A stretch of DNA of 64,000 nt from Candidatus Eiseniibacteriota bacterium (GCA_963707915.1 OY970178.1:2656001-2720000), one strand, 5' to 3'. Shown: positions 20,827-31,377, numbered from the stretch's first letter. The notes: a model not told the origin generated them from the sequence alone. Translations and numbers: made by a program.

Positions 20827-22252
20827 ATGGCCCACAAGGGCGACGTTTTCGAAGGCAAGACACTGGATGCGGCGGTGACGAAGGGCCTGGAAGCACTGGG
20901 TCTCTCCCGTGCCGAAGTGATGATCACCATCCTCGAAGAGGGTTCGGGCGGCTTCCTCGGTCTCGGGGCGCGGCCCTACAAGGTGCGGATGATGCGGCGT
21001 CCCGGCGGCGCCCCGCTGGCCGACACCGACGACCGGGGCGGCCGTGGGCCGGGGCGTGGCCGTCGCGATCGCGAGCGCGGAGCAGGCGGCTCGCGGCCGG
21101 GCGAGGCGGGGCGTGGCCAGGGGGAGCGGCGCGATCGGCCGCGTGACCGGGGCGACGAGCGCAAGCGCGGCGAGCAGCGGCCGGAGCGTCCCGCCGGGCG
21201 CGACGAGCGCCGTCCGGAGCGTCCTGCCGGGCGCGGCGAGCAGCGGCCGGAGCGTCCCGCCGAGCGCGAGGAGCGTCGTCCGGAGCGTCCTGCCGGGCGC
21301 GGCGAGCAGCGGGCGGAGCGTCCGGTCGAGCGCGAGGAGCGCCGTCCGGAACGTGCCGCCGAGCGCCCGGCCCCGCCCGAGGCCCAGCGTCCCCGGACCG
21401 AGGCCGGAGGCGACGGGGAGCCGGGCGGTGGCGAGGGTCGTGGTCGTCGCCGTCGCGGCCGCCGCGGTGGCCGGCGGCGTCATGGTGAGCCGGGCGAGGG
21501 AGGCAGCGAGGCGGTCTTCCAGCCGCGCGAATCTGCCGCGGAGCGCGGGCCCGAGCGCGCGGAGCGGTCGCCCGAGCGCGCACCGATCCACGCCGAACCG
21601 CCGGTGGAGCGCGAGTTCCGCGCGGAGCCGCCGGCGACGCCCGCCGTGACCGCCGTGATTCCCGAGCGTTTCGAGGCGCCGGTGCGCCACGAGCCGCGAG
21701 AGCGTCCCGTCGGCGACTACCCCCGCGAGCCGCGACGCGAGGAGTTCGATGGGCCGGGGCTCTCGGCCGACGAGTTGATCGCCCAGAGCACGCGCCTGAC
21801 CGGGGACTTCCTCAAGGCCATGGGCTTCGAGGCCAAGGATCAGCGCCACGGTCGACGGCAACCACGTGGACGTCACGGCCGAGGTCGCGACGGACGAGGA
21901 ACTGCTCACCGGTCGCAAGGGCGAGGTCCGGCAGGCCCTCCAGCACCTGCTCAACCGCATCCTCAACCGGGGCGAAATCAGCCGCTACCACCTGCAGCTC
22001 GAGATCAACGATTTCTGGAAGCGGCGCGAGGAGGAGCTGCGCGGCATGGCCCGCTCGCTGGCCGACGAAGCGGTCGCCGCCGGCGGCGAGGTGATGACGG
22101 AGTACCTGAACGCGCAGGAGCGCCGCATCGTCCACGTCACGCTTCGCGAGGACCCCCGCGTGAAGACCTATGCCCTGGGCACGGACATGATCAAACGCGT
22201 GGCCATCGCGCCCGCCGATTTCGACGGCGGCACGAGAGAAGAGCGCGACTAG
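20827..22252 (+). CDS. jag: Jag/EloR (KhpB) RNA-binding protein (Jag_N, long disordered linker, KH, R3H); apparent frameshift at ~21838
   Basis: [10 protein letters not shown]...GFLGLG N-terminus; [13 protein letters not shown] (KH) and ERRIVH (R3H) in the shifted frame (ORF 21866..22252). Confidence 0.88.
21169..21366 (+). repeat. Six tandem 33-bp units (alternating types) in the jag linker
   Basis: [22 protein letters not shown] units; 6x33=198 bp. Confidence 0.9.
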
Positions 22253-22270
22253 CCCGGGACGAACGGATTC

Positions 22271-22307
22271 GGCGCCGGGCTCCCTCCAGGGCCCGGCGCC
22301 TTCCTTT
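22271..22307 (+). terminator. Terminator-like hairpin between jag and mnmE
   Basis: GGCGCCGGGC/GCCCGGCGCC 10-bp stem followed by TTCCTTT. Confidence 0.6.
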
Positions 22308-22319
22308 GGAGCGGTCACC

Positions 22320-23778
22320 TTGCTCGATCTCGACGACACCATCGCGGCCATCGCCACGGCCACCGGGGCCGCCGGCCTCGCCGTGGTGCGCGTGAGCGGA
22401 CCCTCGGCGCTCGCCGTGGCGCAGGCGGTGTTCGAAGGCCCGCGGCTGTCCCAGGTGCCCGGCGACACGCTCCACCACGGCTGGGCCGCGTGGCCGCAGC
22501 CGGCGGGCGAGCCGGGGGCCGACGGGCCCCCCGCCGCGGGCGACCCGGCACCGGACGTGCCGGCCGGGCCCGCGCCGGCGCCGCGCGCGCGACTCGACGA
22601 GGTGGTCGCCGCCGTCTTCCGTGCGCCGCGCTCCTACACGCGCCAGGACGTGGTCGAGTTCTCCTGCCACGGCGGGGGGATCTCCGCGGGCCGCGTGCTG
22701 GCGGCGTTGCTGGCGGCCGGCGCGCGCCTGGCGGGTCCGGGGGAGTTCACGCTGCGCGCCTTCCTCGGTGGGCGGCTCGACCTGGCGCAGGCCGAGGCGG
22801 TGGCCGACCTGATCCACGCCGAGACCGAGGGGGCGCACGCGCTCGCGCTGGGCCAGTTGCACGGGGAGCTCTCGCGCCGCCTCGCCGCGATCTGCGAGGC
22901 CCTGCGTGACGCCGCGGCCGAGGTCGAGGCGCGGGTGGACTTCGTCGAGGAGGTGGGCGGGGTCGAGGTGCCCGGGCACGTCCTCGACCGGATCGCCGGG
23001 GCCGCCGCCGCGCTCGCGGCGCTGCTCGAGGGCGCGGCCTACGGGCGCGCGCTGCGCGAGGGCGCAAGGGTCGCCCTGGTCGGCCGGCCCAACGTGGGCA
23101 AGTCCTCGCTGTTCAACGCGCTGGTGGGCGAGCGGCGCGCCATCGTCACGCCGGACGCCGGCACGACGCGCGACCTGGTGAGCGAGGCGATCGAGGTGGC
23201 CGGCGTGCGGGTGACGCTCGTCGACACCGCGGGCCTGCGCGACGACGGCGATCCCGCCGAGCGCGAGGGCGTGCTCCGCGCGCGCGCCGCGCTCGAGGGG
23301 AGCGCGGTCGTGCGTCTGGGTGGTGGACGCCTCGGCGCCGCCGGACGCGGAGGATCGCCGGATCGCCGCGCGGCTCGCGGACCGCCGCGCCATCCTGGCG
23401 CTGAACAAGTCCGACCTGCCCCGCGCCGCGGAGGCCGGGGTGCTGGAAGCGGCGCTCGGCGCCCCGCCCTTCGCCACCGTCGCGACCTGCGCGGTCCGTG
23501 GTGACGGCGTCGCGGAACTGCGCTCCGCGCTGGGACGGCTGCTCGCGGGCCCGGGCGGGTTCGCCGGCGCGGTCGCCAACCCGCGCCACGCCGAGGCGCT
23601 CGGTCGCGCGCGCGCGGCGCTCGGTCGCGCGCACGCGGCGGCCGTGGCCGGTGCGGCCGGTGAAGTCGTCTCGCTCGAATTGCACGAGGCGCTCCGGGCC
23701 GTCGGCGAAGTGACGGGCGAGACCGCGGACGAGGGGCTGCTCGAGCGCATCTTCAGCCGCTTCTGCATCGGAAAATGA
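22320..23778 (+). CDS. mnmE: tRNA modification GTPase; apparent frameshift at ~23313
   Basis: [41 protein letters not shown] and FSRFCIGK in the shifted frame. Confidence 0.93.
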
Positions 23779-25772
23779 GCGCGTACGACGTCGTGGTGGT
23801 GGGCGCCGGGCACGCCGGCTGCGAGGCCGCCGCCGCCTGCGCGCGGCTCGGGTTGCGCACCGCGCTGGTCAGCGCCGACCCCGACGGCACCGCGCGCATG
23901 TCGTGCAACCCGGCCGTCGGCGGCATCGCCAAGGGCCACATGGTCCGGGAGCTCGACGCGCTCGGCGGCCTGATGGGGCTCGTGACCGACCGCGCGGGCA
24001 TCCAGTTCCGCATCCTCAACCGCGGTCGCGGTCCCGCCGTCTGGTCGCCGCGCGCCCAGTGCGACAAGGCGCGATACTCGCTCGAGATGGCGCGCGCGCT
24101 CGGGCGCATCGCCGGCCTCGAGCGCGTGACGGGCGTGGCCGAGCGGGTGCAGCTCGAGCGCGGGGCGGTCGCGGCGGTCGGGCTGGCGGACGGCCGGGAG
24201 CTGCGCTGCCGCGCGGCGATCGTCACGCCGGGGACGTTCCTCAACGCGCTCATCCACGTCGGTCCGCGCAGGTCCGAGGGCGGGCGGGTCGGGGAGCACT
24301 CGTCGCGGGCGCTGAGCGAATCGCTCGCCGCGCTCGGGCTCGAGCGCGGGCGCCTCAAGACCGGAACGCCTCCGCGCCTGCACCGTGACTCGATCGACTG
24401 GGACGCGCTCACGCCCCAGTACGGCGACGAGCCGCCCGTGCCGTTCTCGCACTGGACCGACGCCCTGGAGGTCGAGCAGGTCCCCTGCTGGCTGACCCGC
24501 ACCAGCGCCCGCACGCACGAGGTGATCCGCGCCAACCTGCACCACTCGCCGCTGTTCTCGGGCGCGATCCGCGGACGCGGACCCCGCTACTGCCCGTCGA
24601 TCGAGGACAAGGTGGTGCGCTTCCCCGGGAACGCCTCCCACCCGGTCTTCCTCGAGCCCGAGGGCCGGGACGTGCCCGAGATCTACGTGAACGGGATGTC
24701 CTCGAGCATGCCCGAGGAGGTGCAGCTCGAGTTCGTCCGCAGCGTGCCCGGCCTCGAGCGCGCCGAGATGCTGCGGCCGGGCTACGCCGTGGAGTACGAC
24801 TTCGTGCTGCCGCACCAGCTCGCGCCGACGCTCGAGGCGCTGCGCGTCCCCGGCCTGTTTCTCGCGGGGCAGATCTGCGGAAGCTCGGGCTACGAGGAGG
24901 CTGCGGCCCAGGGTCTCGTGGCGGGGGTGAACGCCGCGCACCGGCTGCTGGGACGCGAGCCCTTCGTGCTGCGGCGCGACCAGGCCTACGCGGGCGTGCT
25001 GGTGGACGACCTCGTCACCCGCGAGCACGTCGAGCCGTATCGCATGTTCACCTCGGCCGCCGAGTACCGGCTGCTGCTGCGCGCCGACAACGCCGACGAG
25101 CGGCTGGCCGCGATCGGCCACCGGCTCGGCCTGCTGACGGCCGAACAGCTGGAGCGCGTGCGCGGGAAGTACGACGCGATCGAGGCGGAGGAACGCCGCC
25201 TGGCGCGCGTGACGGTCCGCGCGCCGGCCCCCGCGATCGCGGCCACGGTGCCCGGCGTGCCGGTGAACGGCGGCGGGGCCGGCGCGCCGTCCGGGACCGC
25301 ATCCGCGGCGGGAGCCATGGCCGCCGCGGATGGGGCGGCGCCGCGCGAGCCGGCGGAGGCGGTCGCCGTCCCGGCGTGGCCGACCGAACCGCGCGCCGGG
25401 ATGCGCGTCCCGGTCCGCGCCATCGAGTTCCTCGCGCGCCCGGGAGCCGCGTATCACGCGCTGCGATCGCTCGGCGTGGCCACGACCCTGCCCGCGGCCT
25501 GGGGCGAGTGCCTCGAGGTGCGCGTGCGCTACCGCGGCTACATCGAGCGCCAGCGTCGCGTCGCGGCGCAGTCGGCGCGGCTCGAACACCAGGCGCTGCC
25601 TGCGGCGCTGTGGGCCGCCGAGCTGAACGGCCTCTCCCGCGAGGCCCGCGAGAAGCTGGCGCACCGGCGACCCGCGACGGTCGGACAGGCGGCACGGATC
25701 GCGGGCGTGTCGCCGGCGGACGTCGCCGTGCTCCTGGTGCACGCGCGAAGGTTCGCGGACCGGTCCACCTAG
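23775..25772 (+). CDS. mnmG: tRNA uridine 5-carboxymethylaminomethyl modification enzyme (GidA)
   Basis: [47 protein letters not shown]. Confidence 0.97.
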   Translation: MSAYDVVVVGAGHAGCEAAAACARLGLRTALVSADPDGTARMSCNPAVGGIAKGHMVRELDALGGLMGLVTDRAGIQFRILNRGRGPAVWSPRAQCDKARYSLEMARALGRIAGLERVTGVAERVQLERGAVAAVGLADGRELRCRAAIVTPGTFLNALIHVGPRRSEGGRVGEHSSRALSESLAALGLERGRLKTGTPPRLHRDSIDWDALTPQYGDEPPVPFSHWTDALEVEQVPCWLTRTSARTHEVIRANLHHSPLFSGAIRGRGPRYCPSIEDKVVRFPGNASHPVFLEPEGRDVPEIYVNGMSSSMPEEVQLEFVRSVPGLERAEMLRPGYAVEYDFVLPHQLAPTLEALRVPGLFLAGQICGSSGYEEAAAQGLVAGVNAAHRLLGREPFVLRRDQAYAGVLVDDLVTREHVEPYRMFTSAAEYRLLLRADNADERLAAIGHRLGLLTAEQLERVRGKYDAIEAEERRLARVTVRAPAPAIAATVPGVPVNGGGAGAPSGTASAAGAMAAADGAAPREPAEAVAVPAWPTEPRAGMRVPVRAIEFLARPGAAYHALRSLGVATTLPAAWGECLEVRVRYRGYIERQRRVAAQSARLEHQALPAALWAAELNGLSREAREKLAHRRPATVGQAARIAGVSPADVAVLLVHARRFADRST

Positions 25773-25963
25773 TCCGGGTCGATCGGGTCTCCCGGGCCCG
25801 GCCGCCCTCGCGACGCATCCGGGGGGCCGCGCCGGGCCGCGTTCGTCGATCCTGGGGCATCCTCGAGAGCCGCCATCCGGAGACGCGCCGTCGACGCGCA
25901 CGGCCTCCGACGTCCGATCCGCCACGATGTCGCGTGGCCCGGCGCGTGCTAGAGTGCGCGGTC

Positions 25964-27253
25964 ATGAGAGAGCGCCGTCCGAGACCCGCATCGTCGAAGG
26001 GATCACGTCCGCCTGCGCGGAGCGCTGCCACCGGGCGCACCGCCGGCCCGGGCACTGGCAGGCCGCCCCGCGCGGGCGAGCGTCCCGCGCGTCCGGGCAC
26101 CGGCAGGCCGCCGCGCGCGGGCGAGCGTCCCGCGCGTGCGGGCGCAGGCAGGCCGCCGCGCGCGGGCGAGCGTCCCGCGCGTGCGGGCACCGGCAGGCCG
26201 CCGCGCGCGGGCGAGCGTCCCGCGCGTGCGGGCGCAGGCAGGCCGCCGCGCGCGGGGGAGCGTCCCGCGCGTCCGGAAGCCGGCAGGCCGCCGCGCCCTG
26301 GCGAACGTCCCGCGCGTCCGGAAGCCGGCAGGCCGCCGCGCGCTGGCGAACGTCCCGCGCGTCCCGGTGTGAGCAAGCCGTTCCGCGCGGGTGCTCGTCC
26401 TGCGAGGAGGAGCGATTCATCGCGCAAGACCTTCGGCTCGAGGCCGGAGGGCGGCTCGTGGGTCCCGGACCTGCGCCCGTCGCAAGGGGAGCGCCGCTCC
26501 GCGGCGAGGTCATATAAAGCCAATATTGGTAATGGGTTGAACAGGCCGACATCGACCCGTCCCCCCCGGCGGGAGCTGCCGCGCGATATCGAGAAGGTGC
26601 TCAATCGACAGCCCTGGGACCTGCTCACGCCGCACCTGCTTCGCGCGGGGGCCGACATCGTCGAGGTGTTGCCGCGCATCCGGCGCTTCGCCGAACTCAT
26701 GCTGGAATGGAACCGTGGGTTCTCGAACCTGATCTCCACCAGCGACGAGAACCGGCTGGTGCAGAGACACATCCTCGAATCGCTCGAGCCGGCTCACTGG
26801 ATCAAGTCGAGCGGCGCCAGGCGCTGGATGGACTTCGGGTCGGGCGGTGGGGTGCCGGCGGTTCCGCTCGCGCTCGCGGGTATCGGTGAGAGCTGGACCC
26901 TGGTCGAGTCTCGCAGGAACAAGACGCTGTTCTTGCGTAAGGTGATTCAAGAGTTTGAATTGAAGAACATATCCGTGGAGCTGGCGCGGCTCGAGTCCCT
27001 CCCGGACGAGGCGGAGAGGCTGGGCCGGTTCGATGGTTTTACCTCGCGCGCGACATTGCGGCTCGGTCCCACGCTGGCGCTTGCCGCGGATTGGGTGACG
27101 CCCGGCGGCGTCGCGTACCTGTGGAAGGGCAGCCGGATGGCAGAGGAGATGGCCGAGGACCGCCGATGGAAGGCCTTCTGGGACCCGGACGGTTCATTCG
27201 CCATCGGCAACGGACCGACAGTTGTCGCTAGATTCATAAGGAATAAAGATTGA
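25964..27253 (+). CDS. rsmG: 16S rRNA m7G527 methyltransferase with long repetitive N-terminal extension
   Basis: WNRGFSNL, RHILES, DFGSGGGVP, LVESRRNK, TSRA; between mnmG and parA; start uncertain. Confidence 0.88.
   Translation: MRERRPRPASSKGSRPPARSAATGRTAGPGTGRPPRAGERPARPGTGRPPRAGERPARAGAGRPPRAGERPARAGTGRPPRAGERPARAGAGRPPRAGERPARPEAGRPPRPGERPARPEAGRPPRAGERPARPGVSKPFRAGARPARRSDSSRKTFGSRPEGGSWVPDLRPSQGERRSAARSYKANIGNGLNRPTSTRPPRRELPRDIEKVLNRQPWDLLTPHLLRAGADIVEVLPRIRRFAELMLEWNRGFSNLISTSDENRLVQRHILESLEPAHWIKSSGARRWMDFGSGGGVPAVPLALAGIGESWTLVESRRNKTLFLRKVIQEFELKNISVELARLESLPDEAERLGRFDGFTSRATLRLGPTLALAADWVTPGGVAYLWKGSRMAEEMAEDRRWKAFWDPDGSFAIGNGPTVVARFIRNKD
26051..26365 (+). repeat. Seven tandem 45-bp repeats (plus one degenerate copy) encoding GRPPRAGERPAR units
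   Basis: Near-identical core GGCAGGCCGCCGCGCGCGGGCGAGCGTCCCGCGCGT at a 45-bp period. Confidence 0.92.
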
Positions 27254-27273
27254 TGCAGTGATTCGTTTCGCAG

Positions 27274-27289
27274 AGTTTCACGTGGAACA
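27274..27289. promoter_or_regulatory. parS site
   Basis: AGTTTCACGTGGAACA vs consensus TGTTTCACGTGAAACA; upstream of parA. Confidence 0.88.
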
Positions 27290-27390
27290 ATCCCCTTGTT
27301 CCGCGCCGTTGCCTGCTGCTATCTTGCCCCGGCACCTCCCGCTCTGACCCAAGCCAGGTGGGCGGATGATCCGCCCCCGCACTCAAGGGA

Positions 27391-28152
27391 ATGGGACGAA
27401 TAATCTCGATTGCCAGCCAGAAGGGCGGCGTCGGCAAGACCACGACGGCGATCAACCTTGGCGCGTGCCTGGCGCAGGAGAGCCGGCGTGTGCTCATCAT
27501 CGACGTTGACCCGCAGGCGAACGCGACGAGTGGGCTTGGAATCAACGGCAACGATCAGAAGAACACGATCTACGAGGTCCTCATCGGCCATGCGGAACTG
27601 GCCGATTCGGTCCTCCCGACGGCGCTGGCGAACCTGGACGTGGCGGTCTCCGGGCAGCGGCTCTCCGGGGCAGAGGTCGAGCTGGTTGGGATGATGGCCC
27701 GCGAGACCAAGCTCAAGCACGCGGTCTCGAAGGTGCGCGACCGGTACGACTACATCCTGGTGGACAGTCCCCCTTCGCTCGGGCTGCTCACGGTCAACGC
27801 GCTCACCGCCTCCGATTCGGTGTTGATTCCACTGCAGTGCGAGTACCTGGCGCTCGAGGGGTTGACGCAGTTGATCGGGGCCATCCGGCTGGTCCAGGAC
27901 CACCTGAATCCAGGGCTCAGGATCGAGGGTGTCCTGTTGACCATGTACGACTCTAGGCTCAACCTCTCCCAGCAGGTCGCGGAGGAAGCGCGGAAGTTCT
28001 TCTCCGAGCGCGTCTATCGCACCGCGATCCCCAGGAACGTGAGACTGAGCGAAGCACCTTCCTTCGGCAAGCCGATAGTCCTGTACGATCCACACAGCAC
28101 GGGTGCCGAGAGTTACCGGGACCTGGCGCGGGAGGTCCTTGACCATGCATAG
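27391..28152 (+). CDS. parA: Chromosome partitioning ATPase ParA/Soj
   Basis: QKGGVGKTTT, DPQANATSG, DSPPSLG, PLQCEYLALEG, PRNVRLSEAPSFG. Confidence 0.97.
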   Translation: MGRIISIASQKGGVGKTTTAINLGACLAQESRRVLIIDVDPQANATSGLGINGNDQKNTIYEVLIGHAELADSVLPTALANLDVAVSGQRLSGAEVELVGMMARETKLKHAVSKVRDRYDYILVDSPPSLGLLTVNALTASDSVLIPLQCEYLALEGLTQLIGAIRLVQDHLNPGLRIEGVLLTMYDSRLNLSQQVAEEARKFFSERVYRTAIPRNVRLSEAPSFGKPIVLYDPHSTGAESYRDLAREVLDHA

Positions 28153-29008
28153 GAAAGTACTGGGGCGTGGACTCGAGGCGTTGATCCCGCCATCCGACAG
28201 CGTTGCCGTGGCGCCAGAAGCTGCCCGCAGCGCGACGTTGGAGTTGCGGGTCGATGAGATCGTCGCGAACCCCTACCAGCCGCGGGTCAACTTCGACGAT
28301 GAGGCCATCCAGGAACTGGCAGCTTCCATCAAGGCCACGGGTGTTCTCCAGCCTGTCCTGGTTCGCCGCAAGCCTGGTGGCGGTGGGTACCAACTGGTGG
28401 CCGGGGAGCGTCGCCTCAGGGCGACCGTCGTGGCCGGGATCAAGCTGATTCCTGCGATCGTCAAGGAGGTCGCGGACCGGGAAATGATGGAGCTCTCGCT
28501 GGTCGAGAACATCCAGCGCGAGAACCTCAACCCGATCGAAGAGGCCAAGGCCTACCAGACCCTGGCCAAGGAGCTTGGACTGACCCACGACCAGATTTCC
28601 GAACGCGTTGGGAAACAACGTGTTTCTGTAACAAATTCGTTGAGATTGCTGGGCCTTCCTCCGGAGGTCCAGGAGATGGTTTCACGTGAAACGTTGAGCG
28701 CCGGGCACGCCCGGGCCCTCCTCGCCATCGACAAGGCCGCCGACCAACTGGCCGCGGCCCGCTACGTTCAGAGCAAGGGATTCTCGGTCCGCCGTACCGA
28801 GGCATTCGTGAGGCGCAAGCTGCGGCGGCTGCACTCGCGCCCCCGCGCCCAGAAGCTCGACGGGCTGCGTGAGTGGGAGATCCGCCTCCAGCAGAAGTTC
28901 GCCACGCACGTTGCGATCACGCCTGGGAGAAAGGGCGGCAAGGTCGAGTTCGAGTACTACGGGCAGGAGGACTTGGAACGCCTCTTCGAAATCTGGGGAG
29001 TGCTCTAG
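28145..29008 (+). CDS. parB: Chromosome partitioning protein ParB/Spo0J
   Basis: LGRGLEALI, NPYQPR, AGERRLRA, ENIQRENLNPIEEA. Confidence 0.97.
   Translation: MHRKVLGRGLEALIPPSDSVAVAPEAARSATLELRVDEIVANPYQPRVNFDDEAIQELAASIKATGVLQPVLVRRKPGGGGYQLVAGERRLRATVVAGIKLIPAIVKEVADREMMELSLVENIQRENLNPIEEAKAYQTLAKELGLTHDQISERVGKQRVSVTNSLRLLGLPPEVQEMVSRETLSAGHARALLAIDKAADQLAAARYVQSKGFSVRRTEAFVRRKLRRLHSRPRAQKLDGLREWEIRLQQKFATHVAITPGRKGGKVEFEYYGQEDLERLFEIWGVL
28678..28693. promoter_or_regulatory. parS site within parB
   Basis: GGTTTCACGTGAAACG; perfect 14-bp core palindrome encoding VSRET. Confidence 0.88.
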
Positions 29009-29068
29009 CCAGGACGTGGGCGGCACACGCGGCCCCGCAGGTCGGCCGCATCGCGAGGAGAGGGCGGC

Positions 29069-29470
29069 ATGTTCCGTTCGCGAGCATCCAAGGTCGAGAC
29101 TCCGGCGCCCAGCGCGCTGGTCGGCGTTGGGGCGAGTTTCCACGGCACCTTGATGGTTCACGGCACGCTCCGCATCGACGGCGAATTCGAGGGCGACATC
29201 CTGGACTGTGACCGACTCGAGATCGGCGAGCACGGCATGATGAGGGCCGACGTCGAGGTGAAGGAGGCGGTGATTCGCGGCCGCGTCCACGGCAACATCC
29301 GAGCGCTGGGAGCGGTCGAGATGAAGCAGGGCGCCCACATCGAAGGCGACGTCGCGGCCGTCAACGTGGTGATGGAGTCCGGCGTCTACTTCACGGGTCG
29401 TTGCACGATGCTGGACACGGGGACCGAAGGCGTCCAGATCCAGACCGAGAACCCACGCTCCCGTAGTTGA
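29069..29470 (+). CDS. Bactofilin (polymer-forming cytoskeletal protein)
   Basis: GTLRIDGEFEGDI...LEIGEHG...IRGRVHGNI...IEGDV beta-helix repeats. Confidence 0.92.
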   Translation: MFRSRASKVETPAPSALVGVGASFHGTLMVHGTLRIDGEFEGDILDCDRLEIGEHGMMRADVEVKEAVIRGRVHGNIRALGAVEMKQGAHIEGDVAAVNVVMESGVYFTGRCTMLDTGTEGVQIQTENPRSRS

Positions 29471-29608
29471 CGTTCGGGGCGCTGTGTCGAGTTCGCCTGC
29501 GGAGCGAATGGTGTCCCTGACATCCGACCGGATTCCAGCCTCCAGGCACGGGACAATCCCGGTTCCGAACCCGGCAGCTCCGCGTCGAATCGTCTCGCGG
29601 GGTGGCTG

Positions 29609-31084
29609 GTGCCGGTGAGATCCGGCCGCTGTTCGTCCCTGGATCCCGGGGCTGTCCTGCGCTCAGGCCCGGGAGCGCCGCCCGACTTCGAGCGCCCGTC
29701 CAAGCCGGTATCGCGATGGCCTCTGCGTCTCGTTTCAGCTACTGTTATATGTTGTAATATATTCAGTTATGGCATTTCGTCAGGACACGACTCGGCCCCG
29801 GCGCGCACCTCCGCCCCGGTCGTGGCGTCCGGGTGCGCGCCGGGTGGCTCGTTCGGCGGCGAGCTCACTTCCCCGTCGCCGCCGCTCGCCTCGCTGTCGT
29901 GGCCCGAGGGGACGCAGGTGCTCCCCTTCGAGGACCTCGAGGGGGCGATCCTCGTGCGTGCGAAGCTCGCCCCGGGTTCCGGGCGCGACACGAGCGGGGT
30001 CTTCGTGTTCGACACCGGCGCCGGATTCCTCGCCCTGGACCTGCCCCTCGCCCGCCTGATCGGCATCGCCGACGACGGCGCGAACCCGGCGGCGGTGGAC
30101 ATCGCTGCCCGCCCCCTCGCGCGCCTCGAGCTGGGTGGGCTCCAGATGGACCAGGTCTCGCCCGTCCTCACCGTGGACGCAGGGGTGATCCGGCGGGTCA
30201 CCGGCCGTCCCGTTCTGGGTCTGCTCGGGCAGTCGCTGTTCCGCGACCGGGTGGTGGTGCTGGACTACCTCGAGGAGGCCATGGCGGTCCTCCCTCCCGA
30301 GCACGACCCGGCCACCTCGACCCCTGCCTCGAGGCTGGCCCTGTCCACCGACGCCCGGGCGGTCCCCTTCCGCCTGGTCGGTGACGGGAAGGTGCTGGTC
30401 TCCGCCTGGATCACCGTCCGGGTCGGATCACCGGCCGAGCGGGTCACGCTGATCGTGGACACCGGCGCGACCAAGAGCGTCCTGTTCCGCTCGGCGCTCG
30501 ACCGGCGGCTCCCCGGTTGGAAGGACTGGCCGGCGCTCCGGGGACTCGGGGCCCCGACCCTCATCGGGGAGGCGAGCGCCGAGCTGGTCCGGGTCCCCGG
30601 GACCGAGCTCCGGGGGGATGGCGGGAGCGTCGGTCGCCCCGGGATGGACGCCGCCGTGCTCGACGGCGGACTGGCCAGGGTGCTCGAGGAAGACGTCGGG
30701 GAGCCGGTGGCCGGCCTGCTCGGGTACTCGTTCCTCAAGCACTACCGGATCGTCGTGGACTTCCCCCGCGGCGTGCTCTGGCTCGACTCCTCCCGGGGCG
30801 ATGTGGTGGACCGTCAGGACGAGTACTCCCACCCCGGTCTCCAGCTCGAGAGCGTGGGCGAAGCGATCCGGATCGTCGCCGTCGCGGACGGCTCGCCAGC
30901 CTCGCGTGCCGGCCTCCGCGCGAGCGACGAGCTGGTGGCGATCGACGGCGAATCGGTCTCCGGTCTCGACGTCGTCACCGTCGCGCGGAAGCTCGAAGGC
31001 ACGCCCGGAACCGGGCTCTCGCTGAGCGTGAAACGAGGCTCGCGCGAGTGGATCTGCCGGCTCGTGCGCAAGCGGCTGCTCTAG
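29609..31084 (+). CDS. Aspartyl protease (two retropepsin-like domains) with C-terminal PDZ
   Basis: FVFDTGAG and LIVDTGAT motifs, GLLG, SPASRAGLRASDELVAIDG; start uncertain. Confidence 0.85.
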   Translation: MPVRSGRCSSLDPGAVLRSGPGAPPDFERPSKPVSRWPLRLVSATVICCNIFSYGISSGHDSAPARTSAPVVASGCAPGGSFGGELTSPSPPLASLSWPEGTQVLPFEDLEGAILVRAKLAPGSGRDTSGVFVFDTGAGFLALDLPLARLIGIADDGANPAAVDIAARPLARLELGGLQMDQVSPVLTVDAGVIRRVTGRPVLGLLGQSLFRDRVVVLDYLEEAMAVLPPEHDPATSTPASRLALSTDARAVPFRLVGDGKVLVSAWITVRVGSPAERVTLIVDTGATKSVLFRSALDRRLPGWKDWPALRGLGAPTLIGEASAELVRVPGTELRGDGGSVGRPGMDAAVLDGGLARVLEEDVGEPVAGLLGYSFLKHYRIVVDFPRGVLWLDSSRGDVVDRQDEYSHPGLQLESVGEAIRIVAVADGSPASRAGLRASDELVAIDGESVSGLDVVTVARKLEGTPGTGLSLSVKRGSREWICRLVRKRLL

Positions 31085-31377
31085 CCCGGAATCGCTTCGA
31101 AACGCGCCCGAAATCATGTCACGATATTTCGTGAATACGCCGCTATTGCGCCGCGAAGAAACCGTGCAATTGGCTGTCGTCCAACGCGATCTCACGTTCA
31201 CATGGAATCACGGCATATCGTGATTATCGCGGGCGACGGGACAACGACCGGCTCCGACTTGCCAGCGCCGAGGAAGCCCGAAATGGCCGGGTCCGGAGCG
31301 TCCCGTGGAGGGCTCTCCGGACCCGTGACAAGCGTCGTACTCGAACGTCCGCGATCGCGCCGCGGCGCGCGCCGCGA

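Noticed and set aside
21837..23313. Programmed frameshifting in jag or mnmE
   Set aside because: No slippery sequences; sequencing error is more parsimonious
26051..26365. 45-bp repeats as a CRISPR array
   Set aside because: Head-to-tail with no unique spacers, period a multiple of 3, in frame with rsmG, no cas genes
28612..28626. GAAACA-ACG-TGTTTC as another parS
   Set aside because: Arms are inverted relative to parS and the spacing is wrong
29740..29759. Third SOS box
   Set aside because: Only the left TACTG half matches; the right half is TAATA and the inner motif is absent
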